From: Anaeramoeba ignava BMAN
Lineage: Eukaryota; Protista; Anaeramoebae
DNA length: 64,000 bases
NCBI GenBank assembly: GCA_028826165.1
Contig: JAPDFW010000073.1
Span: forward strand, 1-64,000
Direction of reading: 5' to 3'
Of this stretch, positions 40,001 to 52,067 are shown piece after piece; the stretch's first letter is position 1, and every line of letters begins with the position of its first letter. The notes beneath the pieces were generated by a model, which worked only from the letters and a program-made list of their open reading frames with translations, did no database searches and was not told the origin of the DNA. The translations under genes were made by a program, and so were the position numbers.

Positions 40001-43000
40001 GAACAGAGATAAATCTTTATACGATTATTTCATTCGAGATGGAGAAGTGCTTTATTTGGAAGAAATGGATGAAAAATATTTTTTTGATGCTAAAATAATA
40101 ACAATTTCAGAAAAAATTTTATCCATTTCAGTTAAGTCTTCTGACACAGTTAATTATTTGAAAAAAAGAATTGAAAAGCTTATTCAAGTTCCTACTTACG
40201 AACAACTATTATTTTACAATAATAGACAAATAGAAATGCCTTCTGCGCCACTTGGTTTATATTCAATTTATAAACCAAAATCTGATGATGATCCTATTTT
40301 GATATTCATGGTCGATCCTCATACAAAAATTGGAGTTAATGTTTCGTTTCCTGAAGATACAAACCTTAAAATTTCCCAAACTGAATTTGAATGTGGACTT
40401 GGAATGTCAATTTATCGATTAAAAGCAAATATAATTGAAAAAAATGGAATATCTTCTCCAAATAAAAGACTTATTTTGAATTATTCTGGGATGCAATTTT
40501 CTGATGAAAGAATTATAGCTGATTATTTTAAAATGTTTAATAAAAATCCTTTAATGATAAATGCAGTAATGAGCGAAACTAAATATATTTATTTTTTTGT
40601 AAGACTACCCACTGGAAACACTATAACAATTGAAATGGAAGACAATTCAACAGTTCAAGATCTCAAATACAGAATATTCGAAAAAGTAGGTTTACCTGAA
40701 TCAAAATATACACTTCTCTATGCAGGAAGGCAAATGGATGATTGGAAAACTTTAGCTTATTATAAAATTCAAAAAGAATCCACACTTACTGCATGTATTA
40801 GATTGATTGGTGGAGGTCCGAGTGATAAAAATCAATTATACAAGAATTTGGAAAATTTGGATCACAATTTTTCAGTCACAGAAGTTCCAAATGAAACAAA
40901 ACCACTCAAAACTAAAATTGAACCTTTTGCAAGAGTTTATGCACTTCAATTACCTTCAGAAACAGATGAAGAAACAGAAAGAAAAGAATTCAGAAGTACA
41001 ATTTATTGGAATCCAATCCTCAAAACCGAAATGGAGAAACAAAACCAAACAGAAAATGAGAATATTATTGATAGTAATATGCCAAGTAAAATGATTGAAT
41101 TTCAGACAAATGATTCAATCACTTCATTCCGAGTGATAATTGATGGATTCACTCATGATGGTATTATTGGAAGCTCTGATTTATTTGTTTTTCAATCATT
41201 AAAACCATTTTATATTGAAGCAAAACTTCCAAATGAAATTACTTTTGGTGATGAACTGAGATTCCCTGTTTATTTTTTTAATAATCTCCATAATCCTTTG
41301 AAAATACAATTAGATATTCAGAGTCAAAGTTTTGAATTGAAGAAAAAAAAAGAAAAGGTATTACTAATAAAGCCAAATGAGCGCTCTGTTAAAATGATTT
41401 CAGGAAAAGTTCTAAACAATTCAGAGTTACCTCCAAAAAGAGTTTTTATGCTAATCTCAGCAAAATGTGTTGATAACGCCTTTATTAAGGATTCTGTTTT
41501 GAAGGGATTAAATGTTAAAGTAAATGGATTTCCAGTAAATTTAACTTATCCAGGGATTATTATGGAAAAAATGGATTTCAAACAAAAAATCCAATTTTCT
41601 TCCATGATAAAAAACAGTCTGACTTGTTCTCTTAAATTTTATACTTCAATGAACATAATTTTGAAAGAATTGATTGAAACTTTATATGGGGGATCTTATG
41701 AGGGATTTGAGCAATTAGCAAGTGTTCTTTCCTTAATGATTCAAACACAAAAATACCTACAAATCGAGAAACAAGATTATGATTTGATGCAAAAAGTGAA
41801 TTCTTTTATTCAATCAGAGTATCAAAAATTGGTATTATTAGAAAAGGAAAAGGGAGGATTTGGATGGTTTGAGAAAGATACAATCGGAAATGAAGTATTG
41901 ACAGCAATGGGGATTCTAACATTTTATGAATTATCACAAATTATGCCATTTGATAATGAAATTATTAAAAGAAATTTAACTTGGTTGTTTTCACTTAAAG
42001 ATGAAAAAACAAAATCATTTGAAAGAAAAGAAAAACAATTAGTTCCATTTGGAGCAACTCCTCAACACATCACTGATGCTTATATTGTTTGGTGTTTATC
42101 ACAAACACAAATTGAAACAAACCAAATTTCAGATGTTTTGGAAAAACTATTTGAAGATGCACAAAAAAAATATTCAAAAGATCCCTATTTTATTGCTTTA
42201 GTTGCCCTATCGTTATTTAATATCAATGAACAAAAGAAATCATTTGAACTGAATGAAAAATTAGTGAATTTTCAAAACAAAAAAACAGGAGAAATTTCCG
42301 GTTCAAATACCTCAATTACTTCATCTCGTGGTTCGAATTTAGATATTGAAACAACATCTTTGGCTGTTTTAAGCTGGATAAACCAAGATAAATTTCAATC
42401 AAATACAGCCCGAGCATCTGAATGGATTTTCTCCAGATTTCCAGAAGTAAAATTTGGATCAACACAATCAACATCCTTAGCAGTAAGAGCTTTATTTAGT
42501 TATTCAGCAATGATCCAAACCCAAAAACCTCAAACTCACTATTTTATCCTTTGTTCTTTTGGGAAAATCAAGCAAAGAATTGGTGTTTCTAATCAACGAA
42601 CAAATGCACTTGAATATTGTTTTAATTCTGATCAATTAAATAAACTAACAAAAAAAACAGATTTATTCCAAATGCGTCTTGCAAAAGGAGAACCAATCAG
42701 ATTTTCTTTGGATTTACAATATTATTCAGAAAATCCACTTGATTCAAACAAATGCCCATTAAAAATGATAATGAATTTGGAAAAGAAAAAAATCACAATT
42801 GGAGAAACAACACAAATTCATGTTTCTATCCAAAATTTACTCCAAAAACAAATTGAAGAAATGATAGTTGTTGTGATTGGAATTCCAGGAGGAGTTGAAT
42901 TGAATATGGAACATTTACAAAATCTTATTAAAAATGGAGTTTTTTCTTCTTTTAAATTATTTGGATCAAGAGAAATTATTTTTTATTTGGAAGGTTTAAA

Positions 43001-43172
43001 TGAAAATCAAGAAATTCAATTTAATATTGAAATTATTGGAAATTTTGAAGGAATTTATAAATCTCCTCCTTCAAGAATTTATTTATATTATGGAGATGAA
43101 AATGATAAAAAATGGGTTTCATCTTATTCAATTATAATTCAAGAAATGAAAAAGGAATTTAAAAAGAATTAA
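37100..43172 (+). CDS. Alpha-2-macroglobulin-like protein with about 8 tandem ubiquitin-like domains in the bait region; no thioester Cys
   Basis: Exons 37100-38705 and 38785-43172 (79-nt GT-AG intron) join in frame. MG2 STDKQLYQPGE, FFPEGGD, LDLLLGTQGWRRF, then the UBL array, then RKEFRSTIYWNP, DSITSFRV, PFYIEAKLP...GD, TED-like GGFGWF/DIETTSLA/FGSTQST and a C-terminal receptor-binding-like domain (IGIPGG...SRIYLYY). Confidence 0.9.
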
Positions 43173-43703
43173 AAAAGAAATGAAAAAAGAATTAAAAAAG
43201 AATTTAAAAAGGAATTTAAAAAAGAATTTAAAAAGGAATTTAAAAAAGAAATTTAAAAAGAATTTAAAAAGAAATTAAAAAAAGAAATTTAAAAAGGAAT
43301 TTAAAAAGGAATTAAAAAAGAAATGAAAAAAAAATTAAAAAAATTTAAAAAGAATTAAAAAATTAAAAAGAATTTAAAAAGAATTTAAAAAAATTAAAAA
43401 AAATTAAAAAAAATTTAAAAAAATTTAAAAGAAATTAAAAAGGAATTTAAAAAAGAAATTAAAAAAGAAATGAAAAAAAAATTTAAAAAGAAATGAAAAA
43501 AGGAATTTAAAAAGGAATTTAAAAAGAAATTAAAAAGAAATTTAAAAAGAAATTAAAAAGAAAGTTATTTTATTTTCTTTTTTTTTGATTTTTTTTGAAA
43601 ACAATCCAAAAAAAAGAAAAAGAAAATTCTCAAAAAAGTTCCTAAAAAAAATAAAGAAAAATTTTGATTTTGATTTTGTTTTTGATTTTGATTTTTGAAA
43701 GAA

Positions 43704-46700
43704 TTAAATTTGAAGTAATAAGAATAATTTTTCAATTAAATCTTCAAGCCAAATTGAATGAGGAAGTGATTGAATCCTTGTTTTTTTTTATAAAAACAAA
43801 AAAAATTAAAGAAAAAATTATTATTAAAAAAAATTAATTATTATTAAATTTAAAAATTTACCAATCTTGAGGAAGTTTATTAAAACCAATTTGACAACCT
43901 AATAAAGCACCAGAAACTGCTCCACTTTTTTATTTAAAAAAATTTAAAATTAAAAATTTAAAATTTAAAATTTAAAATTAATATTATTAAGATTTTATAC
44001 TTTGTATCTGCATCTCCAGCTTCAAAAACTAAATCAGTTAAAATTTGTTTGAAATCATCAGGTTCTTCAAATAATTTCAAAGATAAAATAGCACTTCCCA
44101 AGGCTTTAAAAGTAAAACCAATTTTTCCTTTTTCATCCAAATTTAAATCTGACCATTTTTCAGCAGAAATATAATATTTAAAAATCTTTTTATGATCTTC
44201 TGAAGATAATAAATTCAATGATTCCTGAGCAGCTAAATCAATGATTTGATTTAAATCAGTTTTTCCTTGAAGAATTTGAGCTATTATTAAAGTAACGCAG
44301 ACACTACTTGCATGACATCTTGGGTCTGCATGAGTTACTTTTGCTATTTTCACTGTATTTTCTATTACTGTTTTGTTTTCATAAAATAATGGAATTCCAA
44401 GTATTGATGTTCTCATAATTGCTCCATTTGAAGCGTTATCTTTTTTTCCTTTCCAAGCATCAAATGCACATTTATGTGGATTTGTTGTAAATTCTTCATT
44501 TAATAAAACAGTTCCGACTGTTGTTCCAATTCCTGTTCCTGAAGAATCACCTTTTTAATTTTATAAATAAATTTTTATCCGATTTTAATTTTAATTTTAA
44601 ATTTTAATTTTAATTTTTAATTTTAATTTTAATTTTAATTTTAATTTTGATTTCAATTTTATATTTTAATTTTAATTTTAATTTTAATTTTAATTTTAAT
44701 TTTAATTTTAATTTTAATTTTAATTTTAATTTTAATTTTAATTTTAATTTTAATTTTAATTTTAAATTTTAATTTTAATTTTTAATTTTAATTTTAATTT
44801 TAATTTTAATTTTAATTTTAATTTTTAATTTTTAATTTTAATTTTAATTTTTAATTTTAATTTTAATTTTAATTTTTAATTTTAATTTTAATTTTAATTT
44901 TAATTTTAATTTTAATTATTAATTTTTATTTTAATTTTTATTTTAATTTTAATTTTAATTTTAATTTTAAATTTAAATTTCAATTTTAATTTTAATTTTA
45001 ATTTTTAAAATCAAAAAATTTACCTAATTCTGGAAATCCAAATTGAGCCCAAGATAATAATTTTTTTGCAAAATCTTTTGGATCAACATCACCATAACAA
45101 TCAATTAAACTTTTCAAAATTAAAATCATTTGGTCACTATCATCAGTCCAATCACCAATAATCCAACGTTTACGATGACGATCTCGAATAAATTTATTAA
45201 AATTAATTAATTCATAATCATAATGTTGAGCAACATTTTTTTTTGTAAGAAATTCTGATGCAAGACCTATTGCATCACCTAAACAAGCTCCAAAAATTGT
45301 TCCCTTAATTTTATCTTTAAGTTCAGAAATTTCTAATGTAATTTTTTCTCTTGGAATTGCAATTTTGCTTTGTCTTCGTGCTGTTGGAATTGCAACTGGT
45401 TCTGAAATTTGAGTTATTTGGGTTGTTTTATTAGAATTAGAATCTATTTTTTCTTCAATTTGTTTTTCAGTTTGATTTTCATTTTGATTTTGATTTTGAT
45501 TTTGATTTTCCTTTTCCTTTTCCTTTTCATTTTGATTTTGATTTTCATTTTGATTTTCCTTTTCCTTTTCCTTTTCCTTTTCATTTTCATTTTCATTTTG
45601 ATTTTCATTTTCATTTTCATTTTGATTTTCATTTTGATTTTCATTTTTATTTTCATTATTTTCATTATTTTCATTATTTTCATTATTTTCATTATTTTCA
45701 TTTATATTTTGATTTTCATTATTTTCATTATTTTCATTTAAATTTTGATTTTCATTTAAATTTTCAATTGTAATCTGCTTATTTCCTCGAAATGATTGAA
45801 ATGAATTCATTGTAATAACTTTACTATCTCTTTTTTTTTCTACATGATCTTGAATAATTATTGAGTTTTCCCTCAATTCATGTTTTGGATTTATTTTTTT
45901 TTTGGGTTGAGAAACATCTGCAAATTTTGGTTTATTTTCTTCAATATTTCTTAATAATTTTTTCATTCCTAAATCAATAATTTTCTGTTCCTTTTGATTA
46001 AAAGGATTTCCATTCAAAAACAATCTTTTTAAGCTCAATCCTGATTCATATAAAGATTCAATAATTTCTGTTATTTTATTAAAACCCATTGAAAAATTTT
46101 CAAGTGAAGGAAAACGTAAGAAAATTTGTTTTTCTAATTTATCAATTAAATTTCCAGTTAAATCAAGGGTTTTTAATCTACGAAATGGTAACAAAAGTTG
46201 AATAGGAAATTCTACTAATTGATTATTGCGAATTCTTATTTCTTCTATTGTTTCTGCTAAAGAACTGATTTCTTTTGGTAATTCTTCTAAACCAAGTGAA
46301 TTTAATCTCAAAGTTTTTAATGAAGATAAATTTTCTGTTTCAATTTCTAATTTCATTCCTGTATTGAAACTTAAATCTAACCATTGTAAATGTTTTAATT
46401 GGAATATGCATCTAGGAGTTTCTGAAAATTTATTAAAAGCTAAATTTAATTCTAATAAATTGTTTTCCTATATTTTTTGAATTAAATTATATTTTTAAAA
46501 TAAATTATATTTTTGAATTAAATTATATTTTTAAAATAAATTATATTTTTGAATTAAATTATATTTTTAAAATAAATTATATTTTTGAATTAAATTATAT
46601 TTTTGAATTAAATTATATTTTTGAATTAAATTATATTTTTAAAATAAATTATATTTTTGAATTAAATTATATTTTTGAAATAAATTATATTTTTGAATTA

Positions 46701-49700
46701 AATTATATTTTTGAAATAAATTATATTTTTGAATTAAATTATATTTTTGAAATTAAATTATATTTTTGAAATAAATTATATTTTTGAATTAAATTATATT
46801 TTTAAAAATAAATTATATTTTTAAATTAAATTATATTTTTAAAATTAAATTATATTTTTAAATTAAATTATATTTTTAAATTAAATTATATTTTTGAATT
46901 AAATTATATTTTTGAATTAAATTATATTTTTGAATTAAATTATATTTTTAAATTATATTTTTGAAATAAATTATATTTTTAAATTAAATTATATTTTTAG
47001 AATTAAATTATATTTTTGAAATAAATTATATTTTTAAAATTAAATTATATTTTTGAATTAAATTATATTTTTAAAATAAATTATATTTTTAAATTAAATT
47101 ATATTTTTAAATTAAATTATATTTTTAAATTAAATTATAATTTTAAATTAAAATTATATTTTAAAATTAAATTATATTTTTAAAAATAAATTATATTTTA
47201 AAAATTAAATTATTTTTAAAAAATAAATTATATTTTTAAAGAATTAAATTATATTTTTAAAATAAATTATATTTTTGAAATAAATTATATTTTTGAAATA
47301 AATTATATTTTGAATTAAATTATATTTTTGAATTAAATTATATTTTTAAAATAAATTATATTTTAGAAATAAATTATATTTTTGAATTAAATTATATTTT
47401 TAAAATAAATTATATTTTAAAATTAAATTATATTTTTAAAATAAATTATATTTTTAAATTAAATTATATTTTTAAAATAAATTATATTTTTAAATTAAAT
47501 TATATTTTTTTAAATTAAATTATATTTTTAAAATAAATTATATTTTTAAAATTAAATTATATTTTTAAAATAAATTATATTTTTAAAATAAATTATATTT
47601 TTAAAATAAATTATATTTTTAAATTAAATTATATTTTTAAATTAAATTATATTTTTGAATTAAATTATATTTTTAAATTAAATTATATTTTTAAAATAAA
47701 TTATATTTTTAAAATAAATTATATTTTTAAAATAAATTATATTTTAAAATAAATTATATTTTGAATTAAATTATATTTTTGAATTAAATTATATTTTTAA
47801 ATTAAATTATATTTTTGAATTAAATTATATTTTGAATTAAATTATATTTTTGATTTAAATTATATTTTTGAAATAAATTATATTTTTGAATTAAATTATA
47901 TTTTTGAAATAAATTATATTTTTAAATTAAATTATATTTTTAAAATAAATTATATTTTTAAATTAAATTATATTTTTAAATTAAATTATATTTTTAAATT
48001 AAATTATATTTTTGAATTAAATTATATTTTTAAATTAAATTATATTTTAAAATTAAATTATATTTACTTCAGAAAATGTTGGTTCAAAAGTTATTAATCT
48101 ATTGTTATTCAAATATAATTTTTGTAAATTTTTCAATTCTCCCAATCTTGAAGAACATTTTTCAATTAAACAAAAAGAAAGATCAAGTTCAATTAAATTT
48201 TTTAAATAAGAAATTTCATTAGGAATTTCTAAAACATGATTTTCACTTAAATTTAAATAAGTTAAAGATTTTAATTTGCATAAACTTTGTGAAATTATAT
48301 GAAAATGATTGCGACTTAAGTTTAAGGATGTGAGTGATTTGAGAGGTTTATCTGTTTCAAAAGTGATGTTTGAGAATGAGTTACTTGATAAATTAAGAGT
48401 TTCTAATTTTTCTAATTCCTATTTATTTTAATTTTAATTTTATAAATGAATTTTAATTTTATTTTTAATTTTAATTTTAATTTTAATTTTAATTTTAATT
48501 TTAATTTTAATTTTGATTTTAATTTTATAAATGAATTTTAATTTTAATTTTAATTTTATAAATGAATTTTGATTTGAATTTTAATTTTAATTTGAATTTT
48601 AATTTTAATTTTGATTTTAATTTTAATTTTAATTTTAATTTTAATTTTAATTTTAATTTTAATTTTAATTTTAATTTTAATTTTAATTTTAATTTTAAAT
48701 TTAATTTTAATATTAATTTTAATTTTAATTTTAATTTTAATTTTAATTTTAATTTTAATTTTAATTTTATAAATCAATTTTAATTTTATAAATGAATTTT
48801 GATTTTAATTTTGATTTTAATTTTAATTTTAATTTTAATTTTATAAATGAATTTTGATTTTTAATTTTATAAATGAATTTTAATTTTAATTTTATAAATG
48901 AATTTTAATTTTAATTTTAATTTTAATTTTATTTTTAATTTTAATTTTGATTTTAATTTTAATTTTAATTTCAATTTCAATTTTATTTTTAATTTTAATT
49001 TTAATTTTAATTTTGATTATTTTGATTTTGATTTTGATTTTAATTTTAAATTTTAATTTTAATTTTAATTTTGATTTTAATTTTAATTATAATTTTGATT
49101 TTAATTTTAATTTTAATTTTGATTTTAATTTTATTTTTAATTTTGATTTTTAATTTTAATTTTATAAATGAATTTTTAATTTTATTTTTAATATTAATTT
49201 TAAATTTAATTTTGTAAATGAATTTTAATTTTAATTTTAATTTTAATTTTAATTTTAATTTTATAAATGAATTTTAATTTTAATTTTAATTTTAATTTTG
49301 ATTTTAATTTTAATTTTGATTTTAATTTTAATTTTTGATTTTAATTTTGATTTTAATTTTAATTTTAATTTTATAAATGAATTTTGATTTTAATTTTGAT
49401 TTTAATTTTAATTTTAATTTTAATTTTATAAATGAATTTTGATTTTAATTTTATAAATCAATTTTAATTTTATAAATGAATTTTAATTTTAAAAAATTTG
49501 AAAAAATACTTGTGAAAAATTTTCAGGAAGTTCCATAAGTTTATTATTTTGTAAAAATAAAGCCTTAAGTTCTTTCATTCTAAGCAAAGGTGCTAACATT
49601 GAACGTTCTTCAAGTTGATTAAATGATAAACGAAGTATTTGAATAGGAGGTTTATGTAAAATTATTTGGTCAAAAATCTTCTTATCAATTGTAACTTTTC

Positions 49701-49797
49701 CTGTTCGACAAAACTCACATTCAATTTGATTTTCTAGTTCTTTTTGTGGAAGAAAAACAAGAGGCGAATTTTTTGAAATTATTGGTTTATTTCCCAT
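43704..49797 (-). CDS. Leucine-rich repeat + ADP-ribosylglycohydrolase (ARH/DraG) fusion protein (6 exons)
   Basis: N-terminal MGNKP; many LxxLxLxxNxL repeats in exons 1-3; ARH motifs GACLGDAIG, GDWTDDSDQ, GIGTTV, ASNGAIMRT, THADPRC, GDADT|SGAVSGALLG. Confidence 0.9.
46470..48066. repeat. About 19-bp minisatellite filling an LRR-ARH intron
   Basis: Tandem (g/a)aa(t/a)taaattatattttt units running from splice site to splice site. Confidence 0.95.
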
Positions 49798-49899
49798 TTA
49801 AAAAAAAAGAAGAAAAATGAAAAATGAAAAATGAAAAAAAAATTAAAAAAATTTTGAATTTATTTTTTTCATTTTTTTCATTTTTTTTAAATATTATTA

Positions 49900-51825
49900 A
49901 TGAACGAACTTGATGTAAGTTCTAGTTTATAAATCTTCTTTTTCTTGAAATCTTAAATTTAATTCCATAATTTAATTATGACAAAAACCATATTCAAAAA
50001 ACTTAGAAACTTGAAGATAACTTAGAAAAACAAAAGATAATAATAGTTAAAAATTTCACAAGAATTTTGAACCAAAGAACAAAAGAAATTAACGCACTTG
50101 TAGCGGCAATAACCCAATTATCCAAAAAAAATGTGCGAGAAGCGCGAGAAAAAGAGCAGTTAATTAACTATATAAATAAAAATATTCCATTTTCTCAAGA
50201 CTATTTTCCACAAAAGAAAATCAATCAAAATCCTGAAGAAGAACAAAAACTTCGCGAACAATTCAATTCTTTGCTTCTTGTTGCTGATCAAACTTTGAGA
50301 ATGTATGAAAAAATCAATGAGCAAACTTTTGAAGCAAAACAACAAAATATTCAATTGAAAGAAAAGAAAAATTCACAATTAAAAGAATTAGAAAAAGCAA
50401 AAAGTCAATTCGAAGAAATCCAAAAAGAAAATTTGCGAATGAAACAAGAAATTGACCAATCCAAGAAAAAAACCTTTAATTCGCAACAATTTAACTCAAA
50501 TAAATTTGATCAATTAGAAAAAATTTCACGTCAACTTCAACAAGAAAATCAAGATCTTATTAATAATCATAACGCAGAAAAATTCTCAATTGAAAATCAT
50601 ATTAATTCGTTAAAACAAGAAATTTCAAAACTAAATGAAGTCAAAAAAAGAGCAAGAGCAAAAATGCTTTCTTCTCATAGAAAAACACTTGGTTCGTTAG
50701 GAATGTCAAAAGTTCTTGGCAAAAAACCAATTACAGCTTTTCAACCAAAAACAGATCTTGATCTTGAACAAAAAACTGTTTCAATTACAGAAATGCATAA
50801 CAGAATTACTGGCAGATCACAAAATTCTCCTATAAATAATGTTGAACAGTCAAAATTTGAAAGTCAAAATTCTCAAGATCAAAATTCTCAAAATTTTTCA
50901 AATTCAAGAGATGGAAGTCCTTCTCCTGTAAAAAGTTCATTTTCTGTTAATATTAAAAGAACTGGTCAACCAATTCGTAGAATGGCTGTTCGTGTTAAAG
51001 AGGATGTTCAAAAGGGTCATGATCATGTTTTAGTAAAAAGAGGAAAATGGGATAAACTTCAAATTGGTTTATGGAAAGGATTTGTTTGTTTTTTTAATGC
51101 AAAAAATGTAATTTTCAAAATGAATTTTAATTTTCAAAATGAATTTAATTTTCAAAATGAATTTATAATTTTTATCCGATTTTAATTTTATAAATTAATT
51201 TATAATTTTTATCCGATTTTAATTTTCAAAATGAATTTTAATTTTCAAAATGAATTTTAATTTTCAAAATGAATTTAATTTTCAAAATTAATTTATAATT
51301 TTTATCCGATTTTAATTTTAATTTTAATTTTAATTTTATAAATGAATTTAATTATAATATTAATTTTTATCCGATTTTAATTTTCAAAATGAATTTATAA
51401 TTTTAAATTTAATTTTAATTTTCAAAATGAATTTATATTTTCAAAATGAATTTAATTTTAATTTAATTATAATTTAATTTTCAAAATGAATTTATAATTT
51501 TTATCCGATTTTAATTTTATAAATGAATTTATAATTTTTATCCGATTTTAATTTTATAAATGAATTTAATTTTAATATTAATTTTTATCCGATTTTAATT
51601 TTCAAAATGAATTTAATTTTAATTTTAATTTTAATTTCAAAGGAAAATTTACTTCTTGAAGCAAGACTCCAACTTACAGATAGAATAACAAAAGCTCCTA
51701 AATCTCTTGTTAAAAAAGATAAAGTTGTTCAGATAAAATGTGAAAAAGGATCTTTTTTTGTTGCTTTTGATTCAGAAACTGAAGTTGAAACTTGGATGAG
51801 AATTTTAAAAAAAGCACGAGTTTAA
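49900..51825 (+). CDS. Coiled-coil protein with C-terminal PH-like domain (3 exons)
   Basis: MNELD|KLEDNLEK..., long heptad-rich Q/E/K region, then GHDHVLVKRGKWDK...|...FFVAFDSETEVETWMRIL (PH terminal helix with Trp). Confidence 0.7.
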
Positions 51826-52067
51826 TTTTTTTTTTATAATTTTTTTGATCAATTTTTTTTTATCTTTTTTTAATAAAAAAATCAAAATTTCCACTTTTTT
51901 TTTTTTTGATTAAAAAAATAATTCAAAAAGGAAACGTTAATTAAAAGAAAAAGAAAAAAAGAAAAAAGAAACAAAATTTATTTTTTTATTTTTCATTTTT
52001 TTCATTTTTTTCTTTTAATTTCTTTTAATTTCTTTTAATTTCTTTGTTGTTTTTTTTTTTTAAAAAA

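Noticed and set aside
40809-40980. Possible intein/Hint domain after the UBL diglycine
   Set aside because: GG is followed by GPSDK, with no N-terminal Cys, no HN-C/S/T end and no room for a Hint domain.
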